Source: the human T2T-CHM13v2.0 reference genome, Homo sapiens
Assembly: GCF_009914755.1 (NCBI RefSeq)
Contig: NC_060941.1
Direction: 5' to 3' (one strand)
Length of the DNA stretch: 64,000 nucleotides
This document shows positions 27,806 through 43,308 of this stretch, in pieces. Position 1 is the first letter of the stretch, and the number at the start of each line of letters is the position of its first letter. A model generated the notes under the pieces. The model had not been told where the DNA came from. It worked only from the letters and a program-made list of their open reading frames with translations, and searched no databases. The position numbers and the translations under genes were made by a program.

Positions 27806-30201
27806 TGAGTTCTCAGCCATCTGTCCATTCATAAATCTTGCTACCCTCCTCGCCACTGCCCATCCAGAAGTCTACCAAACAATTCTAAGAACAAGTATTT
27901 TCACATCCAACTCCACATTTCCTTCCACGGCAGCTCCAGACTCTCAGACAGGTGGCCTTTGAACCCCAGATTCATGGGTATTTACAGACAGGTATCAACT
28001 CCACCATGAATCTAGAGTCTTGAAAATGAAAAAGAAATTTCAAATTGTGCCTCTGCTTTCAACTAGTATCACATTTCCGCTTTGCAAGAAACAGCAAGTG
28101 CAGCGTGGGTGACCAGATAGTGACCTGTCATTCCACACTCCTCCTGCAATGTCCATCAAGCTGGCTTCAAGTGAGTCTGCATATCATCTTTGCTACTGTG
28201 AAGATGCCACAGAGCTCTTGAGGGTACACAATAGGCATTCAGCCACACTCCTGCGCACATGGGTGCCTACAACTTCCCCATCCTTGTCTCAGGCTTATTT
28301 TTCTGTGGTATTAAAGGATCACAAAGAATTTCTAAGTCAGTCGAGTTCTTTGTTGCTATCATTAGTTGTAGTGCATGGAGGGGGTAAACAATGCAGCTTG
28401 TTCTTTTGCCTCTCCAGTTCCAGAGATTTATTTACTAGAATTTTTTTTTTTTTTTGCCATTGAGTTGGAAGAAATCAAGAAAGACTAATTACTTTCTTTT
28501 TTAGCTGAGCCTAAAGCTGGATACAAGGGTAAACCTGGGAGATTTACATCTGAGTGGCGGTTTTATGTCTCAGCCTGGAGGCGGTAGTTGAACCCACTGT
28601 GTCTTTGCATTTGTTTTTGGAAAACTGTGAGCATCACCCCCAGCATGGATGCCTGAGTGGCAACCAAGACCCTAATCTATAGCATGGGGTCCCCATCTGG
28701 ACAATGATGCACCAATGAGTGCCGAGTAGAAGTGGATCCTATCCTCCTATGCTCCTCAGGATAGGCCACCCTGTGCTGTGAAAACAGACCACAAGAAACC
28801 CCAAAAGCTAAGTAAATGCCATGATGATCTTGCTCATGGATGCTCTGCTCATTGCAGTGACTTCAATGGCTACGAGAGACGCTGTCTCAGCCAGGGTAAG
28901 GGGATGCAGTGACTCACATTGGCTCACAGAGTAGACACAGCCGTGCCTACTTCCAGGGCTGGGGAGTGTGTCCTGCCACGTGCCCACAGCGGGGGCCACC
29001 GCGCTGATGATCACTGCAACTTGCACTCCTTTGAAGCTCTGGGGCTGCTCCCGCATCTGCGACAGTCAGCATAGCCCCTGACCACACCCTTTCTGCACTT
29101 TGGGTTCATGGGTTCATGGGTTCCATTTCGTTCCCCAACAGCAGTTTGGAAAACTTCTCATATATTTCTCCAGGTCACACCAACACAGGAGTGAAAACGG
29201 AGTTTCATCAGTTGAGAAGGAAAGAGGAGGGGAAGGAAGGGCAGGACAGGGGAGGGGAGGAGAGGGGAGACCTCAAGCTCATGCAGGTACAAGGGAGGTG
29301 TCCCCTGTACACTAGTCCCATGTCACTCGCCGGTGGCTCCTGGTCTGGCTGCAGCTGCTCTACCTTGCCATCCAGGTGCTCTGCCTTCTCTGGAACTTTG
29401 CCCTGTCGTCCTCAGACACCAGCTGTACCCCATCACCCTTGCATTACATGCTGGTACGTGGGCCACAGAGCAATATGAGCTTCTGTATTTGTATCCTTGC
29501 CTGACAGAAGTTCCCAGAACAGCTGGTGTGTTCCTGTGTCTGTCATTACCTTCTCCACACCCCAGGACAGAGAGACGGCAACAACGTAAAAAACACTCCC
29601 CACCATACTAAGTGACCCCTCCCCTCGGGCCCTGCACCTGTGCCCAAGAACCAACTCTACACTCCGACTCCTTTTCTCAGGATGGGTTGGTCTGTTTATT
29701 TTGCCCATAAGCCTCCTGCATTCCTCCCGCACGTCTCCTCCTGGCTGGACCTCTCCTGAATCCCAGGGCAGACAGAGGTTAGGGTCTTAAACAGCCCCCA
29801 GCATGCCCATAAGCAATGTCAGAGAAGCCACGAGGTGTCTACTGCAATGACAAGGAAGACATTGTTCACTGCTTCAATCACCGGAGAAGACAAATTCCCC
29901 ACACAGTAGAGCCTGTCTGTGCACAGTGGGCTGAAACAGACACTTCTCCCCTCCAGAGTGCTGCAGAGGGGCCTCCTGCATTAGGAGAAAAGTTGGGCCA
30001 GGTGACCTCCTAGTCCTTCCAGCTCTGAGATTCAGCCATGTTCCTCCCAGCAGGGACTGATTGTATTTGCTTCACCCTTGGGAGCCAGCAGGGTTTGGAG
30101 CATAGAGAAGAGTGCACACACCCAGCGCCCTGGCTCCAATCGCCCCAGCTCTGTCCCTGACACAGCCTTCCCAGCTTTGGGGGAAGTCCTCAGGGGTGCG
30201 A

Positions 30202-30585
30202 CAGGGCCCGGACTAGAGTGAAGCAAGTCCGGCCCTCAGTCCAGGCAGAAAATTTAGGGGGACCCCAGAAACTCACTAAACAAGATAATATTTATTGCGG
30301 CATTCTTAGGAAACCAACATGAAATAAAAACTATCCACAACGAACAAAATATCCAAATGTGGACTAAAGACAGGCCTTGTCCCTGTACTTGGACAACCCA
30401 CACCCTAGTCCCAGCCCGGCCAGATCCTGTCTTTATTTCACATGTGGACAGCAGACAGTTTGCTCATCACAGATTTTCTCTGCTTCGACTATGTGTGATG
30501 GTCTTGACTCCTGAGTATTTGGCTGCCCCTTTTAAACGTGGCTGCAGGCAAGTGCCTCGCTCTCCCCATCCTGGCCTGGGTCCCG
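30202..30585. mobile_element. MER96B-like palindromic hAT MITE
   Basis: cagggcccggactagagtg start; internal ccctagtcccagccc; inverted halves taaagacagg / cctgtcttta. Confidence 0.75.
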
Positions 30586-31744
30586 CCCCCCCCCAGGCCT
30601 CTGGAGCTGCCCTGCGCTATTTGCTCTCCCTCTCCTGTCGGCTTGGGCCGCCTTCATCTCTCATGGAGTTCCGGGCAGGGGACCACCCCTGTAGTAGACA
30701 CTGTCGGTGCCCCAGCTACTCAGCCTTGGCCTTGACGGTTCCAACGCCCGTGGCTTCTGACTGCAAACACCCATGACTCAGTCTGGGAGCTTTCACAGGA
30801 GCCAGGAGCATGTTCACAGCCCACATCTGGGGAAGCCGGATCTGCCAGAGAATTAACCCCTATGGATGTTAAAACATCTCAGCTCCTCACCCCTCAGGAG
30901 GGATGATTTGGAATGATGTGGTGCACCTGGCCCTGAGGCCTGTGAAGGGATCCAGGTGCAGGATGTGGGCCTGGAACACACCCAGAGCCAGCTGCTCCCC
31001 TTCCACGCTCATTTCCTAGTCCCTTATCAGTGCTTCCTGGGATCACCTCCCCAGACAACTGCTTCTGGGGCCATCTGGCTGAGACAAACCAGCTGCCATT
31101 GCCACCTAGGGCCACCCATGCCCTGTCTACTGATGGCCCCCAGAGCCTCACAATGCCAATGCCACCTGGCTGAAGCCCCTTTGCTAATGCGGTCAGGTGG
31201 GACAAGGGGACAATCCCCTCTCCCATCCATCCCATGTCCCTTTGGCCCACAGACGGTTCTGGTGAGTGCAGGAAGCATCCCATTGCATCCCCAGCACCAG
31301 GCAGGGGGTCTTGTATGACAAACACCCTTCCTTTCCACTCTAGTCCTTCTGTGGCAGGCAGGTCTCACAGATGCAGGCTTCCATAACAACTGTTTCAGTA
31401 CTGACTGAGTGGCTAAGCTAAATATTAAAAGCCAGCACCCTTACACAAAGGCTGGAATGTAACAAAGGCCCACCAGGAGTTTTGCCTAGGCCTTTCCTGG
31501 GCCTTAAAGCATGACAAGATAACAAAGGAATTCTTAACAGGACCCATTTAGGATTAAACAAGTTTTACTGGGGGTCTGAAGAAACTTGCCAAACCACTGT
31601 GACTTAGCCCGAGACAAGATAAGGGTAATCACCCCAGCACCTGGACCCATTTTAGATCAAGTAAATTTACTGAGGCTTCAGAGGAAGGTCTTCAGGACTC
31701 AGGCCTTAGGTATAGATTAAAATAAGTTAATCGCTTATGTCTTT

Positions 31745-32366
<622 letters not shown>

Positions 32367-34764
32367 CAACTTATGTCTTTAGATGAATGTACACTTATAC
32401 TTAGATACATAGCTTAGAAAGTATGTAAGCTCTAGAAAACTTTGTAATTTTGAGTTCGTCTGGCAATATTTTCCAGGTCTTTTCCCTGTCACCAGTTGCA
32501 GAAATAAAAACTCTCTTCCTCCCCAGTTCATCTGCATCTCGTTATTGGGCCATGAGAAATAGCAGCCCGACCCTCAGTTTGGTCCAGGAATACCTCTTCC
32601 CAGGACTGAGGTATGATACCAGCGGGCAGCCATCTGGGAGAGCAGCCTCCCAATCCCCTGCCAAACTCTCCTCTGTCCCTGTCCTTCCCAAGAGGTCTTC
32701 TGTGAGCCCACCCAACGAAGTGATGGTTTCACTCCCACCCTGAGGTCAGCTGTCTCACAAAGCACAAGCATAGATCGCCAGGCATTCACAGAAGTCCCAG
32801 GCCCTTTGCTTGCATGTATCCAAGCCCCCCCTAGGATCCCCATGGAAGAATTTCTTAGCAGGATGAATCCTTAAAGGTCAAGTCTGGAAAGGAAAATTCT
32901 TAGATGAAATCTCTGAGAATTCTTAGAGCCCCAACAGTAGTAACAATTTCAAGAGAGTTGGTTTTATCAGAGGCCTAGAGCATGCAACAGGGCCTGGTGC
33001 TTCCAGCCAGGCCTTGAGCTGCCTGGAGCTAATCAGGAGTCAAAGAACGGTGGTGGCCTGGGAGTCAGGAGCCCTAGCCTCTGAGAAAACTGTGCAAATT
33101 TGGGTCTCTGACTCATCACCTCTCTGAGCCTCAGTTTTTTCATCTGTAAAAGGAGGGGGTTACACCAGATAATCCCTAGGGGCTCTTCTAGCTGTATGAT
33201 TTTATAAAGAAAAAAAAAAAGTTCTTCTCTTTGAGGAGTCCTGAGACCTGACAAAAAAGCATTTCTAAGAAATACAGCGGAGTCTCCTCTAGGAATTTTT
33301 CAGGATTAGGGAAAGCATCAGTCAGTATCGAAAGGAGCCTATAGACAGTATCCTAGGGAGATGGAGCAGGGACAACAGGACCTGGGGTTGGGGTGGAACT
33401 TGTATCTCACTCAAATACTATCCACTGAATCTTGGAACTAAGATCAGTCATTTTCTACAAAACAGGCCCCTGGCCGGCATCCAGGACTCTGAGAACTTGG
33501 GTCGCTGCTTTTACTAATGTCCCATGAAGGGGACGCCAGGACAGCTTCCCAGTGGATGCTTCACTGCCCTCGGAGTGGGAGGAGTCCCATCCACCCACTG
33601 CTGGAAGCTGAGATAACCACCGGCTGAAGGGAAGAGTTGGCAGAACAGGAGATGGAACACCCAGCTAATGTGAAAAGAATGAATAGATTAAAAACCGCAA
33701 GCTACTTCATCAGGGCCCACACGGCAAGTTAAGCCCGCAAATATCGATGCTGAAATGTGTTGAGAAGTCTGTCCAGGAAGGCCAGGAAATCAGGACGCTC
33801 GCAAAGACCTGCTCGGAGCCACAGCCACGGCGGCCACCTCCGCTAATGCGGCTTCTGTTAATGAATGCGGCCTTCAAATCTCTCTCTCCAGGGCCCTGGG
33901 AGGACTGTTAACACCATTTGCCAGCTAAAGAGCTCAGGAAGATCCTTAAGTTTTAAAAGCACCCCTTCCATGGCTTTCCTGCCCTGGAGGACCTGGGTAA
34001 TGGGAGGTGAGGAGGAGAGCCAGCTGGCACAACCCCTTCTCCTCTCCACTTGAGCTCCCGTGAGAGATGTCACCTGGCAGGGACCCAAGGAAGGCTTTAG
34101 AGTGGGGAAGAAACCCCCCACCTGCCTGCCTCCTGCCAGCACTGATATGGGAGCCAGGAGGCAGCTTGGCAGGTCGGAGTCCTGGCTGGAGACTAGGTGC
34201 TGGTGACTTTCTCTGTCTGAGCTCATTCCACCTTGGCCATCTTGGGGATTAAAAGCTGGGAAAGGTCTTAGAGATCAATCCAACTCATTTATTTTATGGT
34301 GGGCAAATAGCGAGGTCCAAAAATGCAAAGAGAGTTGCCCAAAGTTACACTGTGGGGATGAGAACAGGAAGGAGAAGTGGAGATCTGGCATAGGCTAAAA
34401 CCCACACCAAGCTACACAGACTCAGCGGACCTCATGAGCGCCAAAGTGACGTGTGTCAGACATGCCTGTGTAAGACGGAAGACACAGTGCGGATTCTTGT
34501 GCCCACCCTCTGGGTATTCACCTGCTAAGGGAAGGGCACTAGCTGAAAAGTAGTGGGAGCAAACGGGGATCCCAGCCAAGAGGGAGAGGAGGGAGGAGCC
34601 TGAATGAGTGCGCATGGCCACAGAGAGAGCTGACTACAAAAGGGCAGTGGGCTTCACCTCTGTGGCACTGCACATGCTGACATGAGGTTTGGGGTCCCTT
34701 AGTGCTTCCAGCTAAGTGGTGTGGCCCCAGGAGAGTCTTTTATCTCCCTTTTCAGGAGTCCTCC

Positions 34765-35314
34765 TGTCAGAGGCGTTTGAACCAGAGCAACTCCATCTTG
34801 AATAGGAGCTGGGTAAAATGAAGCTGAGCCCTATTGGGCTGCATTCCCAGGAGGTTAAGGCATTCTAATCACAAGATGAGATAGGAGGTCGGCACAAGAT
34901 ACAGGTCATAAAGACTTTGCTGATAAAACAGGTGACAGTAAAGAAGCCCCACAAAAACCCACCAAAACCAAAATGGCAATGAGAGTGACCTCTGGTCATC
35001 CTCAGTGCTACACTCCCTCCAGCACCATGACACTTTACAAATGCCCTGACAACATCAGGAAGTTACCCTATATGGTCTAAAAAGGGGAGGTATAAATAAT
35101 CCACTCCTCGTTTAGCATATTCTCAAGAAATAACCATAAAAATGGGCAACCAGCAGCCCTCAGGGCTGCTCTATGGAGCAGCCAATCTTTTATCCCTGCA
35201 CTTTCTTAATAAACTTGCCTTTACTTTACTCTATGGGACTCGCCCTGAATTCTTTCTTGCATGAGATCAAGAACCCTCTCTTGGGGTCAGAATCTGGACC
35301 CCATTCCTGTAACA
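34765..35314 (+). mobile_element. MER41A ERV1 solo LTR
   Basis: tgtcagaggcgtttgaaccagagcaactccatcttg start, ..tgtaaca end, 550 bp; lacks the GAS-bearing segment after aaaaggggagg. Confidence 0.88.
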
Positions 35315-35504
35315 CCCCCTTGATGCTACCAGATCACTTACGTCCATAGGCCCACAGGAAAAGCTGGAGTAGAGGGCGAAAAACACTAGATTTTGGGAAA
35401 GTTATAAGCGGGTTGTAAACACAGACTGGGCAAACCAGCTCTGTCCCATCTGCCTCCAGGCTGTGGGCATGACGTAGTCTTGAAGATAAGAGTCAGGAAA
35501 CTTA

Positions 35505-35990
35505 ATTTATTAGCAAGAATTAGGGTCAGCCACATGCAACACAAAACCCAAACTAACAGTGGCTTAACCAAGATGGCAACTTCTTTCTTCTCTTATACAG
35601 AACAAGTGCAGAGGTAAGTGGTCTCAGGCTAGTAAGGCAATTCTGGGGTTATCAGAACTCAGTATCCCTCTGTCTTTCTGCTTCTGCCATCCTAGGGCTG
35701 AGCTTCCATTTCCAAGGCCCTGACTTGGTCCAAAATGGCTGCGGGAGCTCCAGCCATCACCTTCCAGGTAGCAGGGAGGGAGGGAGTGGGAAGAGCATCT
35801 GAAGGCAGTGCTCCCTCCTAGCTGAGCCGCCTGCCCCAAAGTCCCATGGAGCATGGCCTTTCTCATCCCAAGGCTGGAATTTATTCCCACAGCCACACTT
35901 CATTGCTTAGAAAGCCAGAAAATATGGTCTTTTATAGCTGGTTCCATTACCTCCCCAAATATAACAGAGATTCTCTCACTAAGGAGGAAA
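35505..35990 (-). mobile_element. Old MLT1 (J/K-like) LTR
   Basis: aacagtggcttaa; caaaatggctgcgggagctccagccatcac. Confidence 0.55.
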
Positions 35991-36907
35991 AGGTTGACAG
36001 CTCTTGGGTGGAATGAGCATTTCTGCCCCTCCTTGGATCCTGTTTCTCTGTGCTTCTGGCTGTGCAACTGTAACCTCAGTTTTCTACATCTGTGAAATGA
36101 GGAAAATCAACCCAGGCTCCTCCCCCAAGGCTTGATTACAAAAAAGTTAATTAAAACAAAAAGACAATTCTGTAACTCACAGGAAGGAAAATAAGCTGGT
36201 GAGACCTGGCAAACGCAGCGGGTGCAACGTGGCCTGGCTGTCCTCACGGATGTCCATACTCCAGGGAGTGGGCAATTACAGGCTCCCTGCCACGAAGCCC
36301 TTTGAAACATAAGAATTCTTTTGAAATATGACTAATTACCCCCCACCTGACTTTAAGACTAGATTTTAATGTATGAGGCTTTTTCAAAATGAACCTCACC
36401 TGTGCTGCTGCCTTTCCCAAGCAGGCTAATGATAGAGAACAGGGGCAGGAAGCCAAGCGGGGACGGGGGACAATGGGCAGATGAGAAACAGAAAATCCAC
36501 CCACCTTGCCATGCCCAGTAGGACCAGCCTCCTCTTCTCCAAACTTTTGGCCTGAATTCCTCCTAACAAGGACTCCAATGAATCCCATCCCTCCTCCTTC
36601 CCCATCTAGCTCTGGTGCAGGTACTAATGAGTGCTGGAGGGACCCAGGGCTGCGAGCAGCCACGCAGTACCGATGTGGACCGTGACGGCAGTTCTGTAGT
36701 TACAGGTTGATGCTCCTTCTCCCAGACACAAGAGCCTGCAGGCCGTGGAGATGAGAAGGCAATGCCTCTGCCAGTGGGGAGAAGGAGGAAGAGGATGAGG
36801 TCAAGGAATATGAAGCAGCAGAGGGGAAAGACCGTAGGAGGCTCTGGTTTAGAAAAGCAAATCCAGCCTCCAAGAGCAACACCCTAGTGAGGACTTCACT
36901 CTCCTCA

Positions 36908-37170
<263 letters not shown>

Positions 37171-37339
37171 GGAGGGAAGGATAATGAGGAGAAAGGAGGA
37201 GAATGAAGACACCGATATGACTTTGGGCAGCTACAACTCTGGCTATGTCTGCAAAGCCTGGAAGGATGACACACCCTCGTAACTGCACCTCAGAATGCAA
37301 AAGAGCCAGGGAACATTTCTCCTGAGCTCACATTTCTGT

Positions 37340-38560
<1,221 letters not shown>

Positions 38561-41085
38561 AGGTCATCCATGCATGCCTGGCTCTGGGATCTTCGCTTTA
38601 GTCATTTAAATCATGGGCCTGCTGTCTTTTCTTATGCCTCCAGGAACCTGGCCACATCTAGAGCAGAGTAAGTGAGCCACTTGGGGAGGGCAGAGGCTGC
38701 TGGGATGGCAAGGGAGGTTGAGTGGGAATCCCCAGAGAGGAAACCTCCCTCCCCGCAGCCCCCGCTGTCCCACTTGTGAGACGGAGCTCTGGGACCAAGC
38801 AGTACACCCACACACAAGACAAAAAACTTCTTCCTCAGAGCTGCTCACATAGGGAGCAAAATGCTGATGAGAAGCAAATTGTCTCCCTAGGAGGCCTCCG
38901 GTTGAGAAGCCTAGAGCCCTTCTTTGCTATAACTCTAGAAAGCACAGACCCACAAATGAAGGGAGAGAGGGAGGAGACAAAGTAGGGATGATAGAGGCAA
39001 GCAATGGTGAGGACTCAAGGAGAAGAGGGAGCAAGGGGAGGGCAGAGAGGAGTCACCCTGGGGCCCAGAGACAGGAGAGACCAGTCAGCAAAGGATCAAA
39101 ACCGTGACTGGAGTCCTTCGGAAGCAACCCCCCCATTTCCTCCAGTGACCTGGGGGAACAGATGGTCTCAGCAGCTCACTCTGTCTGGGACAGGTACCCA
39201 CTCCCAGCTACAATCTCCTCTGAGGGTCTGGTCTACCACTACCCCTCCAAAAAGCCCATCTTTGCTGTTCCTGAGACAAAGACACTGCTCACAGGTAATC
39301 CTGGCCAGACAGATCAAGCCTGCCTCTCCGGTGGGGGAGTGGAAATTGGATTCACCTCGTCAGACTTGATACCTGGGACTGCTCAGAAATTGCAAGACTA
39401 TTTACTCCCCTCTCCAGCCTGAACCCTGGATGCAGAGAAATAAGCCCACTTTAAGGGACATCGCCAAAGTCAAGAGCCCTCCTCTGTGACCCTGGTTTCC
39501 TGGCTTCCAAGAAGGGAGGTGGCTGAGTGTCAGTCTGGAATCATCCACTCAGAACAGGCAATGCTTTCTAGAGATCAGGCACCGAGCGTTGGTCCCTTAG
39601 ACTCTTCTGAAATGAGGGTGTGGAGAGGATGGGGAGGCAGAAACAAAAGATGTGTGAGATGAGAAGGGAAAGACCACTTCCCACGCATGGCAGCTTCCCT
39701 CTCACCATTGCAAAGATCATGAGCCAATTATTCCATCAAGTTAGATATTAGCGAATCCAACTTTATTAGAGCTTCAAGGCGCATGAAACGTTAATCATGG
39801 AAACCTTGATATTCTGCATTAGAGACTTACTCTGGGAAGAGAAAAAAACACTTTCATTTTCCTTTGAGGTTAATACAAGGCTAATTTGAAAGCACTCGGT
39901 TAATGAGAAAGCTAAAAATACCTCTAGTACGATCACGTGCCTGAGTCCCAGCCTCAGTGGCTCCAGCCTCTCTAGAACACGAAGCCAGCTTCGGGAGGGA
40001 GAAACAGCTCTGGACTCAGAGGACCAGCACCTACGTCCCCAGCTGGTTACAGAGGCGCACCTGTCCTGAGGCTGCCAGATTGACAGAAGAAAACAGGAGG
40101 CAGAGAAAGTGAGGCGACTCCACTGCTCTTTATGTCCCTCCATGGGGGGACATAAAGATTTTACTTTGACTAAAATCTCAAGTGCTACCAGGAGTGGGGA
40201 TGGGTTTTCCCTGAGCCACACATGCTCCCTCGCCCAGCCCTGCCCACAAGGGCAGCCGTGGGACAGTCAGCGAGCAGGGTGCTCACTGTGGTGGAGGAGA
40301 GGGTTTTCCTCCAGGGGAAGCAAATTGGACAGTAACCAACCCCACCCCCACCACCACCCCCCACCCGCCCACAGGTGATTGCAGCAGCTCACCAAGTGAC
40401 CAGAAGCCATCATGACAAGAAAGGGATGAATTGGGCAAATTGAGAAGGCGCGGTCCACTTCAGCCTCGTGGGCTCCTGAGCACGTGCACGCACGTGTGTA
40501 TTAAACCCAGAGAGGAATTTGATTTAACAGAAGAAAAGCCCTCAGGGCTGGCAGCTGTGGGAGCTATTAAGGAGGAGCGAGGAAGGTTCTATGTGTCTGA
40601 AAAAATGATCTGAGGAGGTCAGCGACAAAGCCACCGGGGGCTGTCTCCTCCAGGATCTCCAGTTGCCAGGAACCAGGCTGCTGGACACGGGTTTGAAGCT
40701 GCCACGGACAGGGCTCTCTCCAGACTGTGGCCTCAGAACCTGGACTCCCAAATAAACCATCTATGGGCCTCTGGGCTTATGAGATGCAGAGATTCCCTTC
40801 TTTACAGTCCAGGCTTTGCAGGAAAATGAAGAAAGCAGAAGTTGGGGGAAAGTGTCATGTGCTCTGTCCCCCACCCCAGAGACACATATGGTACATTTTA
40901 TCCAGAGCTGGCTCCTCGCAGGGCCCTGGATCTGCATGCGGCTGGGGCCAGCACCCTTCCTCCAGTGTAGCCAGCGATCCCCCTCCATGCCCCCTGCAAT
41001 GCAGCTCCCACCGGGCTGAAAGATAGAGGTGGCTCCATCTCTCTCTGTTTTGCCATTGTCAATGGCATGCTTATTTCACCTTTTA

Positions 41086-41419
<334 letters not shown>

Positions 41420-41474
41420 AAAGAACACCAGGAGCAGATATTTGAGTGTCAGAAACACACGCCAGGATTCTCTT

Positions 41475-41591
41475 CCACCTCTCACCCTCCCCCACCTCTC
41501 ACCCTCCCCACCTCCCCCCACCTCTCACCCTCCCCACCTCCCCCCACCTCTCACCCTCCCCACCTCCCCCCACCTCACCCTCCCCACCCTC
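41475..41591. repeat. C-rich minisatellite (ccacctctcaccctcc variants)
   Basis: Tandem variant units with no G on the plus strand. Confidence 0.9.
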
Positions 41592-42769
41592 TGCTCCAAC
41601 CTGGAACCAGGAATGAAACACAGGGCCACGTTTAGCCACAGGCAGGTGGGAGGCAGAGAGATCTCCACTCTCAGGGTGACTGGCAATTGCAAAGAATTCC
41701 TCTTCCCTGGACTCCAGGATTAGAAAAGCAAAGCCCACCCACTCCCTAATCCATCCACCTCACGTTTATTAAAGGCCTACTATGTGCCCAATGGGATGCG
41801 AGCACCTCCACCAGGGAAAGCCCAGATCGACTCACATAAGAAGACAGATACTAGACAAATAAATCCACTGAACCCATGCACTGAGGAGTTCTGGTTTGTT
41901 AGAGCAAATAGGAAGTGGTTTTATGTGTCCCTGTAACTCCCCCTAACTACATTCCGTCAAGCCTCCCCTGCCTGCTCTCTTAAAGACATCTGGTCAAATT
42001 ATATACATTTCAGCTGTGCCCAGCTATTAGCGCCATCTCACCCCTGTATTTGGTCCAGTTTGTTTTAAAATTTCTGTCTTTGCAAAGTTCAAAGCTCCAC
42101 TCCTCCCTTCCCATCACCATCCTCAGCAGGCCAGGCCTGGCCATGGCTGTTGGGGGTTTTGGGGCGGGGTGGGGGTCCTGCTCTTTGTACTCTCCAGCCA
42201 CTGCCTCCCTGCCTGTCTGGCTCCCCCAGCCATGAGGGGCTGGGGAGACCTCAGGAGGCTCTGGCTGGTGGCCTCTCTAAGTCTGAACGTCCGTCCCTGG
42301 TCCCACTGTGAGGATGGGGGTCACATGGACCCTGAAGGGGCCCCCACAGCACCATTCCTTGATCTGGGAGGTCCAGCTCCTGCCAACTTCATCCCCGCCC
42401 CCACCGCTTCCAGCCCCTTGCCTCTCACCCAGCCAGGGACCTTCCTGGGTGGGGCACCTGCACGATGGTTGCATCTCAGCTCCCTCCCATGGGGTTCACT
42501 CCATGCAAGGCAGGGGCACACAACTCTGCCCGCCAGGTGGGAGAGCAGGTGACATCCTGGCCACCGTTCCCTGGACGCAGCTGCCCTAGTTATTCCCGTC
42601 CTCAGCCTGCATAGCTAGGCAGTCTGTTGGCTACGCTGCTGGCCTAGCGGGGAGCTGCCATAATGTGGGAGAGAAAGTCCCCCTTTCCTTCTTCCATAGA
42701 AAGGGAGAGAACAGCCTTCCTTCAGAAACCACACTTCAGCAAGGCCAGCTTCCTCCAGCCTTTGGTTGA

Positions 42770-43308
<539 letters not shown>

